Assembly: GCA_000004985.1 (NCBI GenBank)
Contig: GG738875.1
Length of the DNA: 64,000 bases
Reading direction: 5' to 3' (one strand)
From: Naegleria gruberi
Taxonomy: Eukaryota
Part shown: positions 21,238 through 31,855 of the stretch, piece by piece
Numbering within the stretch: the first letter of the stretch is position 1
How the letters are laid out: every line of letters begins with the position of its first letter
Program-made: the position numbers and the translations under genes
Notes under the pieces: model-generated
Databases searched by the model: none
Told to the model about the DNA's origin: nothing
What the model saw: the letters and a program-made list of their open reading frames with translations, nothing else

Positions 21238-24200
21238 TTAAATTCTTTCTTCTTCTGTTCTATCCTCAATACCTGAATAGTCAACCGAATCAACAACTTC
21301 CTGCTCTTGGTGACCTTCCTGTTGTTCTTCATAGGTTTCATCCTCTGGATCTTGATTTTCATCGTGTTGTTCTTCAAAATCATTATCAAAATCCTCAAAC
21401 TCTTCCTCTTCCACTTCTTGGACAACTTGTTGTTGAGGTTGATATTCTTCCTGCTGTTGATCATCATAATAATTATTATTATTATCAGTATTATCCTGTG
21501 AAACATGAACCACTGAAAAATCTTCAGTTCTGAGAGTGTCTGATTGAGGAGCCTCAGAGGTGTCAAAATGAGAATTATCAAACTCTTCAAAATCGCCAAA
21601 AGATGTCTCAGTCTCTCCTGTTGTCTTGATTTCACTAACACCCAAAGAGGCACTAAGTGGGAGATATGCATCCGTTGCAGTCATTATCTCTATTGGATTC
21701 TGGTTGGCTTGAGTTTGGAACATTTGAGATGTATCATGTTGCGGTTCATAGTTTTGATTCTCATTTCCTTCATCATATTGTTTAAGGAAATCTTCTGCTG
21801 ATTGAGGTTGATTTGGAGCATATCCATTGGATTCTTCTTCTTCTTGTGTTTCTTCAACCTCAATAACTGGCGTTGGATCATGATCGCCATGGAATTGAGA
21901 AAATTGATAGCCTTGATCTTCTTCCTCTTCTTGTGTTTCCTCAACCTCAATAACTGGCTTGGTATTGATTTCCTTCTCTTTCTTCTCCTTCTTCTTTTCC
22001 TTTTTATCCTTTTTGTCCTTCTTGTCCTTCTTTTTCTTTTTTTCTTCTTCAGATGAAGATGAAGAGGAAGAGTCTGTACTCTCTTCGACCTCTTCAACTT
22101 TTCTTGGTGATGGTTTTTTCACACTAGACTCTATTATTGGAGATCTCTTTTGACTACTCTTAACGTCCTTCAAGGCTTGCATGCCGTTTTCCTTCTTGAT
22201 TTGATTGTAATTATCTCGTAAGAGTGTTATCAACTTGTTTTGATTCTTCCACAATTCCTTTTCTCTGAATGACATTCCTCTTGTATCAACTCTGGTCATT
22301 GAAGAAAAGAGTTTGTTTGGATTGTCAACAAACTCTTCCATAATAGCTTGATAACTTCTCTGTAAATTATTGTACCTGTCATTATTTTCCTTAATAGTTT
22401 TATACAGTTCTGAGGGTATGGTAATCATTTCCTCTGGTTCTTCCTCTTGTTTTTGGCTCTTTCTTGCCAAAAGTTTAAGTGTATCGGCTAGCTGAGGAAT
22501 GAGGCCACTCATTGTGGTTCCTTCTCTTTCATCATCCTCTTGTTGCTGATGTAAATTTTCCAAAACATGTCTAGCCAATTCCTCCTCCAACCGAACTGAC
22601 TTGTCCACTTTTTTTGAAGTTTTCATACTACTCGTTGCACTTGAGGGGGTTACAGTTTTTTTCTTTGATACAGAAGATTTCGTTGATGAGGAAGCAGATT
22701 GTGGTTTTCTTACTGTTGATGTTCCATGTAAGACATGATACCAATCCTTGGTTGGTTGTTCAAGGTAAGAGTTTGTATTTCTTCCAAGTGTTACGTTTTT
22801 CTTTCTCATACTCAATGAGTCAACTGTCTTTGTACTATTGCTTAGAGAACTGGGTCTGGAAGGGTTTGCTGATGAGGGCCTTTTAATTGGTTGCGTATTT
22901 AAAACCTTTCCTGATGAGGTAATTGATTTTTTCTTGACCTTCTTTTTCGTTTGTCTTTCCTCCACGAAACGTTGAGGCTCCCCTTTCAACTGTCTTGAAA
23001 TATCAGCCAGTTGATTTGCCATCGTATTGATTTGATTCTCTATTTGTCCTCTCATCATGATTGTTTGAGCCTGAGTATCCTTGTAGTGTTGTACAAGAGT
23101 AGACAGTGCTCCCATCTCTCCGTTTGCCATTGTACCTAGCATTGGATTGTATGTATTTTGTACAGGTTGATTTTGGAATGTGTTATCAGTTACAGTAAAC
23201 AGAGGATTTCTTGTGACAGCTCCTGTTTGCATTCTCAATGACTTGTCCATGGTACCAGAGTGTGGACCTCCATCAGTCATTGGTCTCTGTAATGAGAAAC
23301 TCTTGGAAAAGTTTTGAGTCAAGTATTCATTAAAATTATCTATTGGACCTGCCTTAACAAGTGACCTCAATCTCACATCCATATCAATCACTCCAACATC
23401 GTATCCTCTATCATTTTTAATTGTAAATGTTCCACTAATGGTACGTTTCTGTGGTATTCTTTCACCTTTTGGAGCATCAATTTCATCCGAAACTTTCAAT
23501 TCATTGAGAGGTATACTAACACTTCCTATAAGAACTGGTTTCCAATTACCACGACCCATATTAGGATCAGCCATACTTCCTCCGTATGTCATGTCAGTAG
23601 GTGAGGCTGTCAAAATGAATAAAAACACATAGAGGGGTAATGTTTGGATATATTGTCCCAATTCCATTCTTTCCATTGAAAATACTACACTTTTTCCTGT
23701 TCTAAATAACATATTATGTGATGAGACTTTTTCCTGATTCTTCATCATACCAGTTCCATAAAAACTTGTTTGCTTAAATCCTTCTTTAAACATTCTATTT
23801 TCTTGGGTGTCATCTCTTCCATAGGGACCCTCAGGTTTTTGAATGTACATTAGAGGAAACTCCCACAATCTGAATCCTATACAACTGTCATTGGAGAGGA
23901 GTGGATTTGTAGTTTTATAGATGAAATGAGAAACTTCGTGAATGTAGACATCAAGAGACCATAAACTGAGAATAGAGTATGTCACTTTAATTTTAAGTGA
24001 ACCTTGAAACTTACTTTGAGTCAACTTCTGATATTTCTTCCTCTTCATAGTAGTCGTTTTGAGAAGATAAAGATGAGGTGGATCGAGGTGAATCCTCCAC
24101 TAATTGTTGTTGAGAACGAGAAGTGTTTTTCATAGATGATGGTTTCCTTGAAGAGGATGATGAGCCAGCATCTTGTCTGTAATTTGATGAAGAAGGTTCA

Positions 24201-24412
24201 GGTTGTGTTTGATAATTCGTTCCAATAGTTGGCTGTGTTTTTTTCATCTTACTTTGATGAGGTTGATATTCATAGGGAACAGAATCCGATCCTTCTTTCC
24301 TACTTTTTGGTTGTTGTTTTGTATCAAATGACACCATTCCTCCAGTCCAACTCGATTGAGAGGTACTATGATCATTAGGGTATTTATGTATCGATACTTT
24401 AGAATTCATCAT
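21238..24412 (-). CDS. Large (~1050 aa) protein with beta-sandwich (C2-like) region, K/E-rich segment and acidic repeat tail
   Basis: Exon 1 24412..24015 (ATG ATG at 24412; ends ...EVDS-K/N with GTAAGT donor at 24014). Intron ends either at 23966 (49 nt, pyrimidine tract TCTATTCTCAG) or 23870 (145 nt); both keep frame. Exon 2 runs to TAA at 21238. Internal PVIEVEETQEEEE repeat and a (K/E/D)-rich block. Confidence 0.55.
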
Positions 24413-24677
24413 TGAGCGTTTATACTATTTGAATATTATTTCAATAATGAAAAAATCTCTATAGCCCAGTAGTTGATGTACTTTTTTTTAATGTATTTTC
24501 TAAAATTAAGGCGGTAAAATTTAGGCGCCAAAAATAATGTTTTTCAACCTCAAAAAAAATATCTTCACATTGTCCACCCTGAAACATTTTTTCATATTCG
24601 ATCAAAAACAAGCCTCTTCGGAGTGTAAGATAACAATGAAGAATGAAATATTACAAACAAATTAATTTAATTTACAT

Positions 24678-26735
24678 TTAATGGAAAGCACCTCCATTAA
24701 CATTCAAAGTGTTACCACCCAAATTGTAAATGTAACCATACAAGTTGACATTGTTAAAGTTGAAAACACCCTTAGTCAAGACGTTACCATAGAATGGACC
24801 ATTAACAGCAACACTGTTACCAATAACCCAGAAAACATTGTTTTGAGTGGCACCATTGGTGAAAACAAAGTTGATATTGTTGGCATTCAAGTTGGTGCTC
24901 AACTTTAAGACAATCTTACCAGTACCAGAGAAGGTAACCTTGCTGTTACCATTCAAACCTTGTGGGAAACAGTAGACACCAGCAGTGAAAGTCAAACCAG
25001 CACTTGGAATGTTTTGATCCAAATTGCTTTGAGTACAAGTGGCAGCAAACAATTCATCATACTTGGCAATGGCATTTTCAATAACTTCAGCAGATTCACC
25101 ATTAGCAACATTGACAGCATAACCAGAGGCAGCAACGAGTTTTTGAACAGCAAAGGCTCTATCAGTGGCAACACTTCCTGGAACAGTCAATGAGGCAGAG
25201 TTTTGAACCAAGATGGATCCCTTTGAAATGACCTTGTATGGAGTCAAGATAGTACCAAAGGTAGTATCATAGTCACATGGCAAGACATTTGGAACGACAT
25301 ATGAGTCAGTAGTGAACTTCAAGTATGGAATTGTCTTATCTTCAAAGTATCCATCGAAAGTCAATTCAATAGTGAGAGCAGTGTAACCTTGAGCTGGATT
25401 TGGGAAGAAGACTTCATATTCGAATGGGTTTCCAGTAGCCTTTGGAGCAACAGTAACAGCAGTGAAAATTCTACCAATAGTGGTTTGTCTGAAATCTCTA
25501 CCATTTGGATTGTTGGCAGACCACAACTTGACAGCAGTAGGAACCTTACCATTCAAAATGTTCAACTTGACATTAACACCAGCAGCAGTGTAAGTGTGAG
25601 AGAAGGTATATTCAGGAAGTTCAATATTTTTCAAGACAGCATAGTAGAATGAGGCAACAGTCAAGACAACATCGGAACCAGTCATACCGTGACCAGTATT
25701 TGGAATATATCTCAAGTGCTTGTTCTTTCTATTTGGCATATCATTATAACTCAAAGTACTCATATCTGGCCAGAAGAATTCATCACCCATAGAGTTGACC
25801 ATATATTTTCTGTACTTGGCAAGATCTTCCTTCCATTCGAATGGATCAATAACTTCACAGAGCTTGGTAAAACCATAAGAGTTGACGTGTGGAGTGAAAC
25901 CAGCAGCAATATAATCATACATGGCAATTGGGAAGTCACAGAGAGAATTGTAAATGTGCTTGATAGCCTTTTGAGTATTTGGAATTTGAATAACGAGTGG
26001 AATGAGAGCCTTAACTCTTGGATCATTGGCAATACCAACTGTCCAAGTAGTCCAACCTCTCTTTGAGGCACCAGCAACAGTGAATTTTTCAATAGTGACA
26101 CCTGACACTTTGGTTGGCACAAAAGATTGAGTAGTATCCAATGCCAAGAGAGATGCCTTAGTCATAGGAAGTCTTGGAATCCACTTAACGTCCCTTGGGA
26201 AGTCGACTATATGCTTCCAAGCATATCCGATAATACCATCTTCAACTCTAACTTGATGCAATGGATCATTGGCATATGTCAATGGTTGATTAGGAATCAT
26301 CTTGACAGTGACACCAATAGTTTTACCAACAGTAGCCATAGCAATAGTGATTGGATCACCAGTTGGAAGACCATCAGTGGTATCTCCGTTAGTAATATAC
26401 ACAAAAGCTTCCTTTAAGCTTTTATCCAAATTGGTTGGAACAACAACTTCGAGATAGTGGAACCACAATGCACGATAACCAAATTCTTCTGGCAACCATT
26501 CAACTGAGGTCATATTAAGTACATATACAGTAGCACCAGTAACGGTGAATTCACTCAATAATTGATATGAATATTTTGGAGTTGGCTTATTTACATAGTC
26601 GGCCATAACTTTCTTATAGTCGATAATTTTGGTTGGGTCAGCAGCAATGTCAAATTGGTCTTCTGCATTGGAAAGGGCAGCAACAAGAGCCAAAATAACA
26701 GCCAACAAGACAATCAAGCTCTTTGAAAGCTTCAT
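24678..26735 (-). CDS. Secreted PhoPQ-activated-pathogenicity-related (PqaA)-like domain fused to ice-binding-like (DUF3494) domain
   Basis: 685-codon ORF, ATG at 26735, signal peptide MKLSKSLIVLLAVILALVAALSNA. N-terminal ~420 aa has PqaA-like features (YxxLSEF...W, GASKRGWTTW). C-terminal ~200 aa matches the DUF3494/IBP beta-helix pattern (GLTFTAGVYCF ... NVFWVIGNSVAVNG ... GNVLTKGVFNF). Confidence 0.65.
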   Translation of the reverse strand: MKLSKSLIVLLAVILALVAALSNAEDQFDIAADPTKIIDYKKVMADYVNKPTPKYSYQLLSEFTVTGATVYVLNMTSVEWLPEEFGYRALWFHYLEVVVPTNLDKSLKEAFVYITNGDTTDGLPTGDPITIAMATVGKTIGVTVKMIPNQPLTYANDPLHQVRVEDGIIGYAWKHIVDFPRDVKWIPRLPMTKASLLALDTTQSFVPTKVSGVTIEKFTVAGASKRGWTTWTVGIANDPRVKALIPLVIQIPNTQKAIKHIYNSLCDFPIAMYDYIAAGFTPHVNSYGFTKLCEVIDPFEWKEDLAKYRKYMVNSMGDEFFWPDMSTLSYNDMPNRKNKHLRYIPNTGHGMTGSDVVLTVASFYYAVLKNIELPEYTFSHTYTAAGVNVKLNILNGKVPTAVKLWSANNPNGRDFRQTTIGRIFTAVTVAPKATGNPFEYEVFFPNPAQGYTALTIELTFDGYFEDKTIPYLKFTTDSYVVPNVLPCDYDTTFGTILTPYKVISKGSILVQNSASLTVPGSVATDRAFAVQKLVAASGYAVNVANGESAEVIENAIAKYDELFAATCTQSNLDQNIPSAGLTFTAGVYCFPQGLNGNSKVTFSGTGKIVLKLSTNLNANNINFVFTNGATQNNVFWVIGNSVAVNGPFYGNVLTKGVFNFNNVNLYGYIYNLGGNTLNVNGGAFH

Positions 26736-27458
26736 TTGTTATGTGTGGATAGTTGAGTTGTTTTTTTTTGTTATGTTGATTGTTGAGGAGCAATTGACTG
26801 GGTTTTTAAATCTTTGATTGCGCAACTCCAGATTGTGAGACACAGTATTGCGCAAAAATAAATAGTATTGTAAAGTGTGAAATGTAACTTACACAACACT
26901 TTAGACTGCAAACTTCCCTTTTTATCGTTTGCCAAAATTGTGACCAGTTGGTAATTTATAGAAGTGATGTGTAAAATGAAAGTGCTACCTTACCCTATGA
27001 ATGTAAAGAGCGCTATGGTTTTTTGAATTAAATGTAATCTTTGGACAACACTTGGCATGTTTGTAATCTTCAAACCAGATCGAGAATTTCTTCTACTTCG
27101 TATTAGAGAAGGAAATTGAACTGTGTGCCGACTTCAATGTGTCATTGTGTTGAAAATAAATACCAAATGTTGAAGTGTCAACTGATTATTTGAACAAGAA
27201 TGGTTTACAGCTTATTGTAGTGGAGCGATTTAATGGTTTTTGATTGACTAAGAGGGTTAGAAAATTGTTTATGGAACTCTACAGCCATTTCCTAAAGATC
27301 GTTACTAAAGTGTTGGACATGTCTTAGTGCTTTCAGTGAACTGAAGGTGTGGTTAAGGTTATGATTGTAATAATATTGTGGTCAACTGTTTATCCACAAC
27401 AACCGTAGATGCTCAAACAAAATCCAACATAAATGAAGTATGGTTGGCTTTTCAATTA

Positions 27459-28955
27459 TTACCAGAACACATTGAAGTATGGTTCGATTTCATGTTCATA
27501 AAGAAGATCATCATCTTGTTCAATTTTCACAAAGGCAAAACAATTCACCTCCACAATGTGATCCTTGGCTTGCTCTTCATTGTCAACCTGGTAAACTACT
27601 TGATCGCAAACATTGCAAAATCTATTACTATTTTTGTAAACTTGTAGAGATTCAAATTTGAGAGGACATTTGTAGATACATTCGCATTGATTGACTAAAT
27701 TCCATTCATACTCTTTAATTCTGTAATATTTCTTTCGTTCTTTTGAAATATTAATAGTAGGATTATGTATTTTGATGTGATTGATTCTTCTTCTAAGAAC
27801 GCAAAGCCAATTCTTGATATTTAGGTTGTTTCCATTAAAGTTTGGAAAATAAAAACAAACTAATGGTTTCCAAATTTCCAATTGAACTCTTTCAAATGCT
27901 GAACTTTCTTCATTGACGATAGAGGTGATGTTATCGACAACATGACAAAGGGCTCCAGAATTATCTGATTGTGGATCTATTCTTCTATTGAAGAATAGAC
28001 TCAATAATGATTGGTTTACCCATCGCAAATCTATTCAATTCTGATAAATTCAGAAACTTCCAATCAGTATTAGAATCTCAGATGGCAATTCATAGATAGT
28101 AAATTGTGAAATAGATTCTCCAGTACCCAAATCCACATTAATACTACAAATATTCATTAATCCATTTAAAATACTGTGTGGAATAGATGCTGAATTGGGA
28201 ATATCCAATTCTAATCCAATACTTGCCACATTATCCATTGCTTCCTGAACTAACTTATTCAATTCGGGTGTGGTCGTTAAATTCATTAATTTCATATATG
28301 AACGGTTCCAAACCACAGGTGAATTCTCATAGTAATTCAACACCTTCAATCCATATTCAATTACTGGCATCATGTCTAACATTTCCAATAAATCAGCTTG
28401 CATTTTTCCAATTTTCTCTCCCTCACTCAAAATTAAACAATCTCTACAAGATTCCACCTGTCCCACTATTGTTCGAAACACAACTCCCAATTGTTGAAAC
28501 ATTGGAGCAAGTATAGGAACTGGAATGGTGGCGGTGAATCCACTTCTGATGTAAATATTGCGTGGAGATCTTTCTCCAATTTTTGCCCTTGTTTCAAATT
28601 TGAAAGATTGAATTTGTTCAATCAATTCTTCAATTTCTGATGAATTTGTAAAGATTAGTCCAACATTTCCATTCAAATATTCGCAAATTTTGAGTAATGA
28701 CTCTGGATTGTGTTTCCTCTCCGAGGGTTTCACATTAAATTGAATGTCCTGAGCCAAGTTTCGAATAGCACTCTTGATCAATGTATTCTTTCCTTTCAAT
28801 AATATTGCTCTTCCTCTCAATTTCATTCGAATTATTTGCAATTGATCCGATTTCATACGAGTATCTATTTCAACAATAATTACATTCGAATGATCATGAA
28901 AATGTTGAATGACATCCTCGAATTTTACACTATTTTCATCATCATTCATTTTCAC
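27459..28955 (-). pseudogene. P0(uL10)-like / F-box / Cys-His finger gene, paralog B, disrupted by a -1/+1 indel pair
   Basis: ORFs 28050..28955 (P0-like domain ending in ELPSEILILIGSF) and 27459..28028 (rest of F-box + CxxC finger). Compared with paralog A there is a 1-nt deletion near 28041 and a 1-nt insertion near 28006, 35 nt apart, creating two in-frame TGA codons. Both indels lie in short homopolymers. Confidence 0.5.
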
Positions 28956-29273
28956 TTATTATTGATTTTAAAAATATGATGAACGTGCAATTGGTTCCAA
29001 GAGTGAGTTGCCGTATTTTTTTTTAATTTTACAGTAAATTTCAGAATTTACTTTTTTAAAGAGCAATTACAATCTTTGTAATGTGTTAATGAGATTAAAA
29101 TATTCAGATATTTATTAAGGTTCAATGAGATTCTCTTTACAATTTGCACAGAGTTTATTGTGGGTGCTGGTTTAATGTCTGGTTTCACACTTGGTTTACT
29201 TTCCATTGACATACAATGCATTGGATATTCTCAAATCGACTGAAAAGGAGTGAAAGGTTGCTGCTCGTTTGGC

Positions 29274-30689
29274 TCATTCATCCCAATAAATAATTCCCAT
29301 AGCTAAATCATCATCGTATTCATCCCCTCCTTCCACAAAAGCAATGCAATTTCCCTTAATGATATGATGTTTGGCTTGTTCTTCACTACCAACTTGGTAA
29401 ACTATCTTGTTGCAGACATTACACATTCTACTGGAAGAGGTGTGAAGTGGAAGAGAATCGTATTTGAGAGGACATTTGTAGATCCATTCACATTGGTTGA
29501 TGAGATTCCATTCGTAACTCTTAATTGCAAAAGATTCGTTTCTTGCTGATGCAAGGTTGACTGAAGGCATGTGTAGCTTGATATGGTCAATTCTTCTTCT
29601 GAGAACGTGGAGCCAATTCTTGATATTTAAATTATTTTTCCTAAAGTTAGGGAAGTAGAAACAAACTAATGGTTTCCAAATTTCCAATTGAACTCGTGTA
29701 AATAGTTCACTCTCTTCATTTATCATAGCAATTGAATTCTTGAGTGATTTCTCAATTGAATGAGATTGTGAAATAATTCTTCTATTGAAGAATAGACTCA
29801 ATAATGATTGATTACCCATCGCAAATCTATTCAATTCTGATAAATTCAAGAAACTTGCAATTAATATCAAAATTTCAGATGGTAATTCATTTACAGTAAA
29901 TTGTTGAATGGAATTAATTGTTCTCAGTTCTACCAAAACTCGACCGACATTCAATAATCCATTGAAAAGACTATGTGGAATAGATGCTGAATTCGGAATA
30001 TCCAATTCTAATCCAATACTTGCCACATTATCTACTGCTTCCTGAATTATACTATTCAAATTTAGAGATGCTCTCAGGTTTTCATATGTTTGATTCCAAA
30101 CCACGTGTGAATTTTCATAGGAAGCTACCACTTTCAGTCCGTATGCAATCATCGGTTCCATCTTCAACAATTCCAAAAAATCTGCCTTTTCCTTTGTAAT
30201 TTTCTCTCCAGCTCTCAAAAGTAAAAAATCTGTCGATGCATATACATCCTGTTGAGCTATGTCTCCAACCTTTGCCTTTGCTTCAAATTTGAAAGATTGA
30301 ATTTGTTCAATCAATTCTTCAATTTCTGTTGAATTTGTAAAGATTAGTCCAACATTTCCTCTCAAATATTCGCAAATTTGATAAAGAACTTCTGGATTGT
30401 GCTTCCACTCTGATGGTTTCACATTAAATTGAATATCCTGAGCCAAGTTTCGAATAGCACTTCTGATCAATGTATTCTTTCCCACCAATAATTCGGCCTT
30501 CTCTCTCAATTTCATTCGAACTATTTGTAACTGATCCGATTTCATTCGAGGATGTATTTTAATAATAATTACATTCGAATGATCATGAAAATGTTGAATG
30601 ACCTTCTCGAATTTTGCACATTTATGAGAGAGACCCTTCTTTTCGGAATGAAATTGTTGTTTTGAAGCTGATTCGTCCAAGTTTTTCAT
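29274..30689 (-). CDS. Ribosomal stalk protein P0 (uL10)-like domain fused to F-box and C-terminal Cys/His zinc-finger-like domain, paralog A
   Basis: 471-codon ORF, ATG at 30689. The N-terminal ~250 aa matches the P0 core (SDQLQIVRMKLREKAELLVGKNTLIRSAIRNL; LRGNVGLIFTNSTEIEELIEQI; AVDNVASIGLELDIPNSASIPHSLFNGL). It has no acidic P-protein tail. Instead it carries an F-box (LPSEILILIASFLNLSELNRF..SLLSLF) and then CEWIYKCPLK..CNVCNKIVYQV..KHHIIKGNC. Confidence 0.7.
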   Translation of the reverse strand: MKNLDESASKQQFHSEKKGLSHKCAKFEKVIQHFHDHSNVIIIKIHPRMKSDQLQIVRMKLREKAELLVGKNTLIRSAIRNLAQDIQFNVKPSEWKHNPEVLYQICEYLRGNVGLIFTNSTEIEELIEQIQSFKFEAKAKVGDIAQQDVYASTDFLLLRAGEKITKEKADFLELLKMEPMIAYGLKVVASYENSHVVWNQTYENLRASLNLNSIIQEAVDNVASIGLELDIPNSASIPHSLFNGLLNVGRVLVELRTINSIQQFTVNELPSEILILIASFLNLSELNRFAMGNQSLLSLFFNRRIISQSHSIEKSLKNSIAMINEESELFTRVQLEIWKPLVCFYFPNFRKNNLNIKNWLHVLRRRIDHIKLHMPSVNLASARNESFAIKSYEWNLINQCEWIYKCPLKYDSLPLHTSSSRMCNVCNKIVYQVGSEEQAKHHIIKGNCIAFVEGGDEYDDDLAMGIIYWDE

Positions 30690-30807
30690 TCCAACTCAAC
30701 CTCTGAAGGAATATCAATGCATTTCCAGCTGGTTCAGTAACCTTTCTAGTCATCAACTCCATTCGAGAATCGTAAAATATCGTCGATCCACCCTCAAACT
30801 CTCCATC

Positions 30808-31353
30808 CTATTGAGAATTCAGATAAATAATGAGAGTGAGATAACTCTTTGTTTTGTTCTTGTGATCCTCAAAGCTGCCATCGACGTGTTTGTTGAAATA
30901 ATGCCCTGGTTTATACTTGCATAATCTCCAACGAGGATTTATACTTGCTAAGTGCAATGTTCTGCCATCCTTACTCAATGTTTGTGGCAGATGTTGCTTT
31001 ATACGATTCCAGACTATTTCAGTAAATTTTGGATCGTCACTCATTAAACGATCATTAAATCGATCATTATAGGCATAGCAAAACTTATCCGCATCCTCAT
31101 ATCCCATCTTTTCACTCAACTCTATCATTAATTTACATTCGTCTTTTGAAAGCACTTGATCCAATACGAAACATGGTTTCTTTACTTGTTCAACCTCCTC
31201 AACTGTTTTTCTTGAAACTCGTGGACACCAATTATTCGAATCCATCAGAAGCATATTTTTTTGTATTTGTGAAATATTCTCATCATTAGAATCATTCAGT
31301 ATTGGTGCATAGACCATCTCGTTCCATCCTGTAGGAGCAGAAAGTAAAGTCAT
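30808..31353 (-). CDS. 2OG-Fe(II) oxygenase, prolyl-4-hydroxylase-like, with in-frame TAG and degenerate C-terminus (possible pseudogene)
   Basis: ATG at 31353. HxD motif (NKHVDGSFED) and the YLN region are present. TAG at 30808..30810 falls exactly where P4H has YLNdvEeGGeT. The same frame continues DGEFEGGSTIFYDS...ALIF to ~30622 but lacks the distal His and Arg, and it overlaps the start of the downstream gene. Confidence 0.5.
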   Translation of the reverse strand: MTLLSAPTGWNEMVYAPILNDSNDENISQIQKNMLLMDSNNWCPRVSRKTVEEVEQVKKPCFVLDQVLSKDECKLMIELSEKMGYEDADKFCYAYNDRFNDRLMSDDPKFTEIVWNRIKQHLPQTLSKDGRTLHLASINPRWRLCKYKPGHYFNKHVDGSFEDHKNKTKSYLTLIIYLNSQ

Positions 31354-31516
31354 TTTTTTTTAATTTTGTGTGCTTTTTTTATTTTGCACTTTTAATTATT
31401 TTACAAAGTTATTAATAGAATTTTTACTTTTTTTAGAATGATTTCAAAGTTCATCATCAAATAACCAGTTATTAGTTTACAATATTTACAATATTTACAA
31501 TGAGGTGCTGATTAAG

Positions 31517-31855
31517 TTACATTAGTTTTTCAGCCACTTTATCCCTTAGTTCTTCAAGTTGCTCTGCACCTAATACTCGCTTTTGTGTCTTGTTTGAAAC
31601 AAGAACAGTTGGTTTAGTCCCGATGGCACCTCCTTCTACATTTCCAATTCTAAATGTAGTCATCACAATTCCTGCAACGTTTGGTTGACCATTGACAGTT
31701 CTGTCATCATTCAACATTTCTTCGTTATCTTCTTCTTCTTGAGAACTTGATTCGTCCACAGTTTTGAAAACAGTTGCTTGGTCACCAATAGCACATTCTC
31801 TTGCTTTCTTTATATCAAAAACTGAAACCTCATCCTTGCATTCTTGTCCTGTCAA
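31517..31855 (-). CDS. Hypothetical acidic protein sharing AIGxxPTVLV motif with the divergent neighbour
   Basis: 112-codon ORF. ...GAIGTKPTVLVSNKTQKR. Possible upstream exon near 31897..32000. Confidence 0.35.
   Translation of the reverse strand: MTGQECKDEVSVFDIKKARECAIGDQATVFKTVDESSSQEEEDNEEMLNDDRTVNGQPNVAGIVMTTFRIGNVEGGAIGTKPTVLVSNKTQKRVLGAEQLEELRDKVAEKLM

Noticed and set aside
21307-22153. Plus-strand ORFs with F/L/I-runs (MVTFLLFFIGFILWIL…, FFFLCFFNLNNW…) opposite the acidic-tail gene
   Set aside because: Antisense translation of the GAA/GAG-rich coding strand (poly-Glu/Lys yields poly-Phe/Leu). Not genes.
30622-30689. Reading the 2OG-oxygenase and the downstream P0-like F-box gene as a single fused gene
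   Set aside because: The frames differ by +1 and no GT…AG intron removes the in-frame TAG or joins the frames. The overlap is better explained by a degraded oxygenase 3' end.
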